Shown here piece by piece: positions 1 to 12,755 of a DNA stretch of 64,000 bases. Every line of letters starts with the position of its first letter. Positions within the stretch are counted from its first letter, which is position 1. The DNA is from Eledone cirrhosa (lineage: Eukaryota), in assembly GCA_964016885.1 (NCBI GenBank), contig OZ024741.1:67518001-67582000 (forward strand), read 5' to 3'. Below the pieces are notes generated by a model. That model was not told where the DNA came from. It did not search any database and worked only from the letters and a program-made list of their open reading frames with translations. The translations under genes and the position numbers were made by a program.

Positions 1-2330
1 CAACCATTATTTAGACGCAGCACACATATACAGGCAAACAAAATAACACAACACAGGAAGGAGAAACCGAGAGTAATAACAATTATCAATCTATCTAGTG
101 CAGAACCAACTCCCAACCTTATCAACTTACTCTCCAAAGGTATTAAATTCACACCGACCCCTACGCCCTAACTACTATGAAATGAAGGAAGACATCACAG
201 AACTCTGTAGAAAGTTACGACTCAGTGAAGAACTATTCGACCAGTACAATGAGGATGAATCATTAGCCAGAAATAGAAGCAACTACACCCCAGCAAAAGG
301 TAGAAATAAAATCCTGGACGAATTCTGTGAACACATCACAAACATCCCTTACCAACACTTGCACAGAGAAAAACACAAATCAAACCTCAACAAGAAAGAA
401 TGGGAAGAATTAAATAGATTAAAAACCGATAGAACTATTACAATTAAAGAGACTGATAAAGGGAGTGCAGTAGTCCTAATGGAGACAGAATTATATATCG
501 ACCTAGCGCTCTCCACTTTGGAAAACGAAACATACTACGAAAAGGCTGAACACTACAATCAACAGAAAATTATGAGAAGCCTAAACATTATGAACAACCA
601 ATACATAGGAGGACTTACTAACAAGGAATTCAGCTTCATCACAGACTTCACAAGTAAGTCCAGCCTTTTCTACGGTATCCCTAAAGTACATAAAAGCTAA
701 TTAATAGGTAAGGCATGCAAGGAAGCCACAGACATAGTCATCAATGTCCCCTCACCCAATGAACTCAAATTAAGACTTATCATAGCAGGCCCCGCTTGCG
801 AAACCCACCACCTTAGCAACTTCATTGATACCCTTCTCAAGCCTTTTCTCAAACACATTAAAAGCTATATAAGGGACGACCTAGATATGCTCAACCACCT
901 CCCTATTGTACCCCTTTCTGAACAAACCCTACTAGTGACGTACGATGTAGTCAACCTATACTCCAACATCCCCCACAACCTATGAATAGGAGCTATCCAA
1001 TTCTGGCTGGATAATTTCCACAATGAACTCCCACAACGCACCAAAAAGGAATTGGTAATAGAAGGACTCAATTTTATCTTGGAGAACAATTACTTCGTTT
1101 TCAAAAACAAATCCTACAGGCAGAAATCTGGGACCGCTATGGGAACGAAAACGACCCCCACTTATGCCAACATTGTCATGGGCTACCTGGAAATCACCCT
1201 CTACACTAAAGTATTAAACACATTTGGAAACACTCTCCACTTACACATAGAAAATAACTGGAAGCGATATCTAGATGACTGCTTCATCATTTGGCACGAA
1301 AACATCGAGAAACTTAAAGATGTTCACACCCTTATAAATAGGCTCAACACGAATATTAATTTTACAATGGAATACAGCCATCAACAACTCCCCTTCCTCG
1401 ACATCCTCATTAAGATTCATAACAATAAAATAGAAACAGACATATACTACAAGCCCACAGACTCCAAGCAATATCTTCCTTTCAATGCTTGCCACCCTAG
1501 ACACGTTAAAATTAATATTCCCTACAACTTAGCCAAGAGAATCTGTACTATAGTCTCCAATAAATCCACCTGTTACTTACGGCTACAAGAACTAAAGGAC
1601 ACACTCATAGGCAGGGACTACCCTGCATCACTAATTGACAATGGAATCCAACGTGCCCTGAAACTCAGTACCCAGGACCTTAGACACCCAAAAGCAAACC
1701 AACCGAAACTAAAAGCTCTTCCATACATCTCCACACACAACCCCCTCAACAATGAAGCCTTTGACACCATCCTCCAGAACATCCCTGTGTTACAGGACCA
1801 TAGAATTAACCAAATCCTTCGAATACACGATATCATAAAGAGCAAAAGACAATCTAAGTCAATGAAAAACATCATAACACATGCCAAGGTACTACCGACG
1901 ACAAGAACGAAACCCACAGTAAAGAAAATGCGATGACCAAACTGTGGCATATGCATCAACCTAATAGAGGGTTCGGAATTCTATTTCAAAGAGGGACAAC
2001 GTTTTATAGTAAAGCACAATTTTACATGCGCATCAGAACACCTAATATGTGTTAACTTGCTCAGGTTGTCGAGAACAATACATAGGCCAGACTAAGAACA
2101 GCCTCCGCCAACGCATGACTGTCCATAGATCCCAAATCAAAATACGGGAATACAGAAAAATACCGCTGAGTGAACACATTGATACCTGTGCCGCCCCAAA
2201 TAATCCCAACTTTAGAATCTTTCCCCACTACAAATTTAAAGATACTGCCACCCACACCCAGCGCATCAGCAAGGAATCTCACTTTATTAACAAATACGGC
2301 CCCGTCTAAACACTTCTCACTAAGACGAAC
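1..2330 (+). pseudogene. Disrupted RT/GIY-YIG polyprotein of element A
   Basis: Stops at ~700 and ~985 and frameshifts near 1930, 2045 and 2300 relative to the copy at 53390-55697. Confidence 0.9.
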
Positions 2331-2610
2331 CCACAACATACACACGTCCACATACATACCTACATCAACATACATTCTACATACATTTCTATCCACAAGT
2401 ATCCCATACGGCAGGGCCTAATAGATTCCCTTGCAGTACGTACAATCTGGACACACTCACACACGCCTTGGTGTTATGACAATACTATACATCATTTCAC
2501 CTCTTTTATTATTGAACATTCACGTGACTTCTACCGACCAATCAAAATTATAGTGCTTATTCACGTGACATTCAACAACCAACCAAATCACGAACGCTCT
2601 ATCTCAAAAT

Positions 2611-2650
2611 TATTTTTGAAAAGCATTTGAAATGCGCAACCGGTAAAATA
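2611..2650 (+). ncRNA. Variant minimal type I hammerhead ribozyme motif (U3:A8 core, A13C)
   Basis: tattt TTGAAAA gcat-ttgaa-atgc GCAA ccgg TA aaata: 5-bp stem I, 4-bp stem II, palindromic stem III (ACCGGT). Confidence 0.55.
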
Positions 2651-2813
2651 CTTTAAAATAACACTTAATACTAACCATTACTAATTTATACTTATTCCTA
2701 ATTAAACTATTTTTCACTGGAAAAAATCTGTCAGCATTTTCTTTTCCTTTTTACTAATATATATATATACAATGATATTAAATAAATGGAAACTATTTTT
2801 ATAAAACCATATT

Positions 2814-2876
2814 TATTTTATTATATATATTTCAAGGGTACCAAAAGACTTTGGTACGCTTTCTTCAGATAAAATA
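2814..2876 (-). ncRNA. Minimal type I hammerhead ribozyme (element B inverted arm)
   Basis: Minus strand: tattttat CTGAAGA aagcgtacc..ggtaccctt GAAA tatata TA ataaaata. Canonical core, 8-bp stem I. Confidence 0.8.
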
Positions 2877-3597
2877 CAAAGTTTGTTTTATAAATAGAGA
2901 CATACCCTGGAAAATCATACCTTATCAGTTGGATATTCTCTGGATAGTGGAAATGTATTAGGGATGTTTCAATCTTATGGGTGAATATGCAAATGAATAT
3001 GTAAATAATTGAAAAACAATCATTTATTTAAACGACTATGGAGAGAGAGAAGAGAGAAGAGAAGGACAAAATAGTGTGTGAGAGACAGGAAAAAAGCGAA
3101 GATGAATAAAAAAAAGTCATATAACGTTAATTTGATGGAAATATATTCGGATAATTATTTATATATATATATGTAAATATATATCTTAATAATATGTGTA
3201 TTTATATTAAAAGGCTTTTTTACGATTATTAGATGTTTAAAATTTGTTTATAATATATGTTTCATTCGTTTATAAGTAGATAAATGAAAAAATAAATAAA
3301 TAGATGGGTATATCATGTTATAGATAGTTGTTCTAATGAGTTATGAGGGATATTGGTTTTGTATTTTATGTAAATAAATATGTATTTAAAATTGAGAATG
3401 ATTTAAAATTAAATTAAATTAAATTAAATTAACTGAGTTAAGTAAGAATATTTATATTTATATCATTGAAAAGGGAAGATAAGGAAAAAACTCCGATTTT
3501 ATTTATTTATTTGTTAGTGTGAGACTATTTAGTCAAAATAAGCATGGATGTTTAAGATACATTTATCCAGAATCAGTTAGTGGTTATTAATCTAATG

Positions 3598-3785
3598 AAA
3601 AAATATTGAAAAAATATTGAGAAAATATTGAAAAATATTGAAAAAATATTGAAAAAATATATTGAAAAAATATTGGAAAAAATATTGAAAAAATATTGAA
3701 AAAATTTTTTAAAAATTAAAAAAATCTTTTTTGAAATCTTGAGAAAAATTTTGAAAAAATTTTGAGAAAATTTTAAAAAAATCAT
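3598..3785. repeat. ~10-bp (AAAAATATTG)n minisatellite in the element B UTR, mirrored at ~5440-5527
   Basis: Visible tandem units; reverse-complement units in the opposite arm. Confidence 0.8.
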
Positions 3786-4184
3786 TTTAAAGTAATTTTT
3801 TTAGAGATAAATAATTTTTAAAGAAATAAAAAAATATTGAAATTAAAATTTTAAAAAATTAGAATTATATACGTATATATTATATGAACATTTTTAAGAA
3901 GTGGAAGTACAACAAATGTTAGAGATATATTAAAACCAAGTAGATGAGATTGTTATGGAGATTAATAGGAATATTATAAGTATAATTATAAGTTATATAT
4001 AGTTCTGAATGTTGAATTCTGGCGATGTCCACAAGAATTAAATAAATTCGTTATTAGATTAATTGAGTTTTTACAGTTAAGTATATAAAACATTTCCTCA
4101 ATACACAATTTGCAGGATCTAGATAAAGCTGTGTTTCATTACGCGAGTGCCTTAGAAACTGTTTCCCAAGCTAATGAATATGTG

Positions 4185-5080
4185 ATATAATGGATATTGC
4201 AAACTACTACTCCTCTATTACTCCTAGTTTACTTAATAAGGCTCTTATATATGCATCTAAACATACAGATTTATCTAGTGAAGAAATGTATATCATTTTA
4301 ACTGCACGGAAAACTTTGATTGAATTCAACAATCATCTCTGGACAAGAGCCGATAGAAAAAATAATTTTGATATCACCATGGGATCATCTGACTCGGCGC
4401 AAATAACGGATCTTGTGGTGTTATTTATTAATAATACAGTGCATTGGCAGTATCAGTAGAGTGTCGGAATCCATGCTTTCCAGCATAGTTACGTCCCTTT
4501 ACGATCTGAGTTCAAATCCCGCCTTTCATCCTTACGGGGTCGATAAAATAAAGTACCAGTAATGCACTGGATAATCGCTGGCCATGTGCCTAAAGTAGAA
4601 ACAGTTATTTATTAATAATACACTGCATAGAAAAATACCAGAGATGACCGGTGGTTTATATCGTGATGATATGCTGCTTTTAATTGCAAATCATAGTAAT
4701 TGTGAAATAACTACAACCTTAAGTTAGAAATAGAGAATAACTATAAAATTGTTAACTTTTTAGACGTAACATTAAACCTTAGCACAGGGCTCGACTATCC
4801 ATTCCATAAAATTAATGAGAATCTAAACTATGTAAGTTTTAACTCTAATCATCCTAGATCTATCAAGAACACTATTGTCAATTGCGTCCAACAACGGATT
4901 TCACGCATCTCCGCTAATAAAAACATTTTTGATGATAAGGCTGAATATTACAATGAAGCTGTAAATAGAGCAGGGTATATAAATAAGATTAAATACATCG
5001 ACAACAATAATAAGGCAAATCCCCCTACCATTAATTGTAATAATAATAAAAAATTTAAATTAAACTCTAATACTAATATA
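4185..5080 (+). pseudogene. Hydra-like PLE RT fragment interrupted by a SINE
   Basis: ORF 4190..4459 aligns by eye with ORF 8135..9994 (LLNKAL, ARKT, NFDITMGSSDSAQ). It continues after 4620 with YRDD, FLDV, PFHK, SNHP and YYNEA. Confidence 0.85.
4438..4603 (+). mobile_element. tRNA-derived SINE with target-site duplication
   Basis: B-box-like gagttcaaatcc; core cctttcatccttacggggtcgataaaataaagtaccag; TSD ttatttattaataatac at 4421 and 4604. Confidence 0.85.
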
Positions 5081-5119
5081 TTATATACGTATATATATAT
5101 ATATGTATATATATATCCA

Positions 5120-5272
5120 CCAGGGCGGTGGATTGGCAGTATCGGTAGAGGGTCGGACGCCATGCTTTCCAGCATAGTTACGTCCCTTTACGATCTGAGT
5201 TTAAATCCCGCCGAGGTTGACTTTGCCTTTCATCCTTACGGGGTCGATAAAATGCCTAAAGTAGAAACAATT
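5120..5272 (+). mobile_element. tRNA-derived SINE, same family
   Basis: agggcggtggattggcagtatcggtagag head and the same central core. Confidence 0.8.
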
Positions 5273-6017
5273 ATATATGTATATAATTCTAATTTTGTAA
5301 AATTTTAATTTCAATAATTTTTTATTTCTTTAAAAATTACTTATCTCTTAAAAAAAATATTTTAAAAAGATTTTTTTTAAATTTATCAAGATTTCTTTTT
5401 AATTTAAAAGATTTTTTTTTAATCTTTTTTTTTCAAGATTTTTTCAATATATTTTCAATATATTTTTTCAATATTTTTTCAATATTTTTTCAATATTTTC
5501 TAAATATTTTTTCAATATTTTTTCAATAGATTAATAACCACTAACTGATTCTGGATAAATGTATCTTAAACATCCATGCTAATTTTGACTAAATAGTCTC
5601 ACACTAACAAAAAAATAAATAAAATCGGCGTTTTTTCCTTATCTTCCCTTTTCAATGATATAAATATAAATATTCTTACTTAACTCAGCTAATTTAATTT
5701 AATTTAATTTAATTTTAAATCATTCTCAATTTTAAATACATATTTATTTACATAAAATACAAAACCAATATCCCTCATAACTCATTAGAACAACTATCTA
5801 TAACATGATATACCCATCTATTTATTTATTTATTTATTTATCTACTTATAAAGTAATGAAAAATATATTATAAACAAATTTTAAACAATTAATAATCGTA
5901 AAATATCCTTTTAATATAAATACACATATTATTAAGATATATATTTATATATATAGATAATTATCCGAATATATTTCCATCAAATTAACGTTATATGACT
6001 TTTTAATTCATCTTCGC

Positions 6018-6170
<153 letters not shown>

Positions 6171-6379
6171 AGTATTAAGGGTACTATTTATGGTTATGTA
6201 TGCAATAAAACCTTTAATGGTAATATATTATATATACACAAACCCTAAATAGTGAGAGATAGTCATTAATTACTATCCTATTACCAGTAAGATAAATAGC
6301 TCAATGTAATAACATCAGTTGTTTTACAGAGTAGTTATATAGAGATTACAGTAATCAAAGTTCAGTTTAAGTCATTTAT

Positions 6380-6428
6380 TTGCTTACAATTGTTTCCTCC
6401 AAACCGAGGTTTGGATTCTTCGGAGCAA
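6380..6428 (-). ncRNA. Minimal hammerhead motif, U4C variant (element C 3' pLTR)
   Basis: ttgct CCGAAGA atccaaacc-tc-ggtttggag GAAA caattg TA agcaa; palindromic stem III ACAATTGT. Confidence 0.7.
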
Positions 6429-7964
6429 CTATTTATAACATACTTGACCTCCTTTTCAACCCAAGAGACACATAAAACATATGCGCATATTGATCAACAG
6501 TGGGGTGACATTCATCAAATGATATAGCATGGCAATTTACATATAAAGGTTACAGGATAAAAATAAAATAAAAACAAGAGTGAAAATAAGAGTGAAAATA
6601 AAGATAAACATGAAGCGTTGGCAGTCTATGAAGATAAAGCAAGAGGAAAGCTTAGAGTAGTCAGTGTATGAAACAATCTCCCGTGTAGCATGCACGCGTG
6701 TCTTATCTATACATGATTAGAGTGCGTCAGAATGATATTTGCAGGGTCAGGCAGTTGAAGCAGGGAATCGATCTTATTATGTAGGCTGAATTATTAAGTC
6801 ATTTATTCTCATACATCTGTATGATATACAGTCTCGGATGCGGGGAAACACCAAAATATCAAAAACCTTCAACATACTATAAACCTTATTGTATCGTAGG
6901 CAAGGCCATACCACTGTCCTTGCTCACACCACCACTCACATAATCCATGAGACGCAATATATATATAGAGAACACGCGTCTATCGTATAATTCGCGGTGG
7001 TTCAGCATATAGTCAAGCTATAAACCGCATCCAGTCGGTTCTTAATTAATATATCATGCTGTCCAGATTCCGGAAGTGCCTGAATGACTAAGGGGAAATA
7101 ATGCGTAAGGGGAGGTAACTAGCTAGTTATCTTAGTTACATTACTATCCTAAACTATATTAATGGTGATTCAAATACGTGCCTATCATGTGAAGTTATAA
7201 CTAATATCTAGAGTATGTTACCCATTTATAGGTTAGAGAGTTGTCCATTAAGAAGTACAAGGGTGTATATATTAGGATGATTACCATCCATTAATTAAGG
7301 GGTGTCATATCTGAACGTTCTATAAGAGGAGTCAGACTCTCAAGTCACTGCTCCATGCAAATGTAATATAACAGTAGGACCTGGTATGGTCCCACTATTA
7401 TATATGCTACCCGGTAGGCTCCGGGTCATTGCATGCCTGCATCTCCAGTAAATCTTCGGTATGATCCGGAGATCCAATCTCTCATATAAATGCACTAGTC
7501 TGGCGATCAAGCAATAGACAACCCCCGTCTCAAATATAAATCAATTATGTATCACATCTACAAGCTTGAGTGGAGTCTATTAATAGGTACTAAAGGAGTT
7601 CACATCAAGATGATTACGTGCATAATTCATTGAACTGATCGCTTACAGTATATATTCACTTAACAATACGATTATCTATCTAATCATCAATCTATCTCTT
7701 GGTGGTAATCCATGCACAGGACTATGCTATCGCAACCAGTACCGTGTCCCCAATTTATACTAATCTTATATTTGTGCAATGCAGAATAAGTAGTCCACGG
7801 TCGAGATATCAGTATTAGAGGTACAAGGGGGTATTCCCAGGGTAGGTGGTAGTAAAATGCTGTCAGTATTATCTTTAGAGTAAAGAGATGGGTGTGGATG
7901 TGAGGTGTAAGGTGTGCTACTGATGTTAATTGCTAGGGGTGGTGCCGGTTCCAGTCTGACATTG

Positions 7965-10460
7965 TTATATATAGGGTTTCAAGTTTTGGAACGAGTGTCG
8001 GAAGCGGTGTTGGCAATTTGCGAACACTTCTGATTTTTTATTAAGGAGATTATGTTTAGAGAAGATGATAGTATGGGTCTCTAGTAGACAGAGGTTACAA
8101 AATTTATCAGGTGGTTTGTACGATGTTGCACTACCTACCACTTCCCATTTAAGTGTATACATATTTTATTTTTAGTTTTTAGATAGTGTATGTAGCTAGA
8201 TAGTGAAGTGGAGTTGGCTAGACTGTGTTTTTTGAAAGAGTGGAGGTGCGAATTGTATCTAGTTTTGAAGCAGTTAGAAGTGGAGCCTATGTAGGTTTCA
8301 GAAGAGCTGTTAGTTGTGACTGTACATGAGTATATGATATCCTTGGTTAAGCATTTTTTATCTAAAGGGCAGGTTCTACTTGATCTACAGTTACAATTAC
8401 TCTGGGTGCTAGTCTGCCGGTTACTATGCTGTGTAGAAGTTTGGATGTTAGCTATAGGGTTATGGTTATGCGGGTTGTGGTACGCAGCGTTAATGTTTAC
8501 ACTAGTGCTATTACTATTATTTCCATTGATATTACGGTTATTTGTTATAATGTTACTTTGACTGTTATTTTGAATGTTATTTTGAAGGTTTATCGACCGT
8601 TGTGATTTAGTTTGTTGGAAGTAAGAATTAATTTTTCTTTTATTTGTACTAGCTATGTGGTATGTTAAGTTAGGCGTAGTAGAGTATGAGATCTTAATAG
8701 TGTTTTTGCTTAAAAGGCCGTGGTACCTGTGGCCGGATGGGAAGTGTTTATCTAGTAGTGAGCAGAAAGCCCTAGGAAGGTTGGTAGAGACGTTTAAATT
8801 GAAAGGAGGGTTGAAAAGTGTATTATTTCTTCTTCTATTTCTGTTTTTTATGTCTGGTGATTTGTTTCCTTTAATGTTCCTATGGTCATTTCTGTGGTGC
8901 GGGTTACTCTTGTTGTTACAATCCCTATTAGTGTGTGTGCAGTTGCTATTCTTATTATTAAATTTTCCCATGGACATGTTGTGTGAAATGATGTTGTAGC
9001 TATGTGTTTTTGTAGGTAGGAACTCTATCCCTGTATTATGGCCTGATCTAGCTAATGCCTGATTATAATACTGCGAGTTATTGTTAAATGTGTTTATGTC
9101 ATAGGATAGATTAGAGATTCTATTAGATACTCCCTTAGAGATAGAGTTCAATATAGATTTAGGGTGGTTAGACTTGGTATCTACGTAGATGAGTTTTTCA
9201 TTAGGTTTGTGGAAAGGTGCATATATCATTGAGTCTAAGTAGAGTGTGGCGTCTAGGAAGTTGACGTTTTTGGTGTTTTTGTCCATGGTAATACTAAGGT
9301 TAAAGTTTTTGAATGTTTTGTGCAATAGTTTTCTAGTCCTTTCTATATTGAATTTTTTATAGTCTATAAGTAGAAGTGCATCGTCGCGATACAAACCACT
9401 GCTGAGGTACGGAAGTTCCCTGTGGATTAGGTTAAGTAAGTATAGGCCAACCAAATCAGTGACCTGCGCCGAGTCACTAGACCCCATAGTAATGTCGAAG
9501 TTGTTTTGCGTATCCTTGCGGGTCCATAATTGGTCCTCAAAGGTGATTATTGTTTTACGGGCCGCAAGTATGACATCAATCTGGGGTCTAGTCAAGTCAC
9601 TATTGTCTATGGCCATTATAAGTGCCTTATTTAGTAGGATAGGGGAAATAGAGGTGTAGTAAGAGTTGATATCAAATTGAATAAATTTGTTATCCTTGTT
9701 ATCTATGATATTTTTGAACCATTCAATCACTTCACCCGTATTTCCCCATTGCTTAAGGTAAATCTTGTGTTTAATCTGTGGGATGATTTTGTCTAGGATT
9801 TTTTTACTGATAATGCCAATGTCAGACCTGTAGGGGCAGATTAGTCTAATCGAGGGGTTGCTAATGAAGTCTACATTATGGTCCTTCAGAGAGAATCTAG
9901 GGGTGTTTGGGGTGTAAGGTTGTGTATGTCTCTGGAGCCCTAGTTTGGATACTATATTATAGCCTTCCATATTAATATCTTCTAAGTTTTTCATAGTGGT
10001 TTTCTTGTAGCTTTTATGTAGTTCATTATATATAAACTTTCTATACGTATTATAATCTAGGCTGTATATGTTATTAGTTTTGTCGGCATGTACAAAAATT
10101 TTACTACTAGTTTTGAAGTCATTAATAGAGGTGCTAAGTTTGTTTAAGAAGGTGTTGTTTTTATTATGGTGTTTTTTGTATTTAATGTTTTTAACTAGTT
10201 TAATTAGGTCGTTTTCGAAGAGGTTTAGTAGTGTGTTATGAGGGGGGGGGGGGGGGGGCTTCTAAATGTTTTAAAGCCGAAGGAGTCAAATTTGTTGGTG
10301 TTATTATCCTTGGCAGATTTGTTTCTATCATAATGGAATGTCCTCCATCTCACTCTATTGATAAAGGAGTTTACACTGTTGATCAACAACTTTTCATATG
10401 TATTTTTGGTTGGTAAAGGTATGTTTTGGTTGACATAGGGAGTTGGTCTTTGATCAGCAT
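7965..10460 (-). CDS. Hydra-like PLE RT + GIY-YIG protein, ~830 aa after three 1-nt frame corrections
   Basis: MSTK/NIPLP..FINRVRW, FGFKT, FENDL, HADKTNNIY, QFDINSYY, MGSSDSAQ, GLYRDD, NFLD, FNPPF, CNCR..CPL..C, IIY..YIGST..FKTRYNSH, KWEV..CNLCLLE..LNKKSE..CQH. Frameshifts at ~10424, in the G17 run 10242-10258, and at ~8165. Confidence 0.88.
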
Positions 10461-10715
10461 GCTGGTAATTTATGGTATATCAGCTCAACAGAATGGAGCA
10501 ATTATTAGTATTAAGGGTACTATTTATGGTTATGTATGCAATTAAACCTTTAATGGTAATATATTATATATACACAAACCCTAAATAGTGAGAGATAGTC
10601 ATTAATTACTATCCTATTACCAGTAAGATAAATAGCTCAATGTAATAATATCAGTTGTTTTACAGAGCAGTTATATAGAGATTACAGTAATCAAAGTTCA
10701 GTTTAAGTCATTTAT

Positions 10716-10764
10716 TTGCTTACAATTGTTTCCTCCAAACCGAGGTTTGGATTCTTCGGAGCAA
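10716..10764 (-). ncRNA. Minimal hammerhead motif, U4C variant (element C 5' pLTR)
   Basis: Identical to the 6380-6428 motif. Confidence 0.7.
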
Positions 10765-11373
10765 CTATTTATAACATACTTGACCTCCTTTTCAACCCAA
10801 GAGACACATAAAACATATGGGTGCTCCCTTGGTTTATATATATATTGCGTCTCATGGATTATGTGAGTGGTGGTGTGAGCAAGGACAGTGGTACGGCCTT
10901 GCCTACGATACAATAAGGTTTATAGTATGTTGAAGGTTTTTGATATTTTGGTGTTTCCCCGCATCCGAGACTGTATATCATACAGATGTATGAGAATAAA
11001 TGACTTAATAATTCAGCCTACATAATAAGATCGATTCCCTGCTTCAACTGCCTGACCCTGCAAATATCATTCTGACGCACTCTAATCATGTATAGATAAG
11101 ACACGCGTGCATGCTACACGGGAGATTGTTTCATACACTGACTACTCTAAGCTTTCCTCTTGCTTTATCTTCATAGACTGCCAACGCTTCATGTTTATCT
11201 TTATTTTCACTCTTATTTTCACTCTTGTTTTTATTTTATTTTTATCCTGTAACCTTTATATGTAAATTGCCATGCTATATCATTTGATGAATGTCACCCC
11301 ACTGTTGATCAATATGCGCATATGTTTTATGTGTCTCTTGGGTTGAAAAGGAGGTCAAGTATGTTATAAATAG

Positions 11374-11422
11374 TTGCTCCGAAGAATCCAAACCTCGGTT
11401 TGGAGGAAACAATTGTAAGCAA
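11374..11422 (+). ncRNA. Minimal hammerhead motif, U4C variant (element C inverted arm)
   Basis: Identical motif on the plus strand. Confidence 0.7.
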
Positions 11423-11456
11423 ATAAATGACTTAAACTGAACTTTGATTACTGTAA

Positions 11457-11491
<35 letters not shown>

Positions 11492-11694
11492 CACTATTTT
11501 GTCCTTCTTCTCTTCTCTCTTCTCTCTCTCCATAGTCGTTTAAATAAACGGTTGTTTTTCAATTATTTACATATTCATTTTCATATTCAGTCATAAGTTT
11601 GAAAAATCCCTAATACATTTCCACTATCCAGAGAATATCCAACTGATAATGTATGATTTTCCAGGGTATGTCTCTATTTATTAAACAAACTTTG

Positions 11695-11757
11695 TATTTT
11701 ATCTGAAGAAAGCGTACCAAAGTCTTTTGGTACCCTTAAAATATATATAATAAAATA
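11695..11757 (+). ncRNA. Hammerhead motif of element B, probably inactivated (G12A)
   Basis: Same as 2814-2876 but GAAA reads AAAA. Confidence 0.6.
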
Positions 11758-11890
11758 AATATGGTTTCATAAAAATAGTTTCCATTTATTTAATATCATT
11801 GAATATTTAATCCAGGAACTGTTGAGTGCTCTAAATCAGTGATAAACATTTATATTTGTCGGATTTCCAACAAATTAAATACCCCTTCTA

Positions 11891-12082
<192 letters not shown>

Positions 12083-12330
12083 AGAGTATTGAAGTTTGCT
12101 TGAAGCATTGTGGAATAATAAGTAAATATCATTAAGTCGTTTGGAAGCCTTGACAATGCAAATGGGTAAATCTCCGGGTAACAAGATCCGGTGGTGGAGA
12201 GAGATATGTAAGTGGGTGTCCGTTGAGATGCGTGGTGTGTATGAGATGTGTAGAAGAATGAAGGAAAGAGTATAAAGGATAAAATAAAAATAACAACACG
12301 AGAGAGAGTTACCTTGGGAGAGATTTAATA

Positions 12331-12369
12331 GTCCCTATATATTTCGAATTCACATCCATCATCTGGGGG
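12331..12369 (-). ncRNA. Minimal hammerhead-like motif, U4A variant (element D pLTR); decayed copies at 15602-15640 (-) and 21206-21244 (+)
   Basis: ccc CAGATGA tggat-gtga-attc GAAA tata TA ggg. The other two copies read CAGTTGA and atcc. Confidence 0.5.
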
Positions 12370-12755
12370 TTTTTCCGGGGTGGGGGAAAGGGTTGTCTGT
12401 CGGACAGGTGCGAAACGCGTCCTCCGCTGTTTGTTGTTTTGAATATCTGAGGTATTCGGCAGAGCGCACGTGCGCGTGAAATAGGGTTTGTCGGGCAGAG
12501 GTCAGCGGCCGAATAAGGCAGTGGGGTGGCGCTAGCTGTCAGTCCATTCTCTGCCTGTTTGTTAAATGTTACTGTGTGTGTGTGTGCGTGTGTTGTTGTC
12601 TCGCTTGAGTGTGTGTGTGTGTGCGTGTGTTGTTGCCTTGTTCCTCTGTATTGGCAGTGTAGTATGTTCCTATGGTGGAATGCTACTGTGTGTGTGTGTG
12701 TAGTTGTCTCGTTTATGCGTGTGTGTGTGCGTGTGTTGCTGCATCGTTTGTTAGC

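Larger units (their letters stand above)
1..2760 (+). mobile_element. Penelope-like retroelement, Neptune/Naiad-like (element A); 5' part lies outside the window
   Basis: Fragmented ORFs 98..700, 1052..1936 and 2049..2309 give the PLE N-terminus (..DKGSAVV..), RT (GTAMG, RYLDDCF, LPFLD, YYKPTD), a CxxxxCxxC linker and GIY-YIG (LTCSGCREQYIGQT..LRQRMTVH). The 3' UTR ends in (TA)n at ~2760. Close relative of 52234-56789. Confidence 0.93.
6171..11460 (-). mobile_element. Full-length Hydra-like PLE (element C) with direct pLTRs and an inverted 3' arm
   Basis: Direct repeat 6171-6482 / 10507-10818 (pLTR). 10835-11460 is the reverse complement of ~6340-6967. The ORF lies between them. Confidence 0.93.

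Noticed and set aside
12396-12425. GAAACGCGTC resembling a hammerhead stem III in the element D UTR
   Set aside because: No CUGANGA-like box or stem I/II pairing upstream, and it is antisense to the element.
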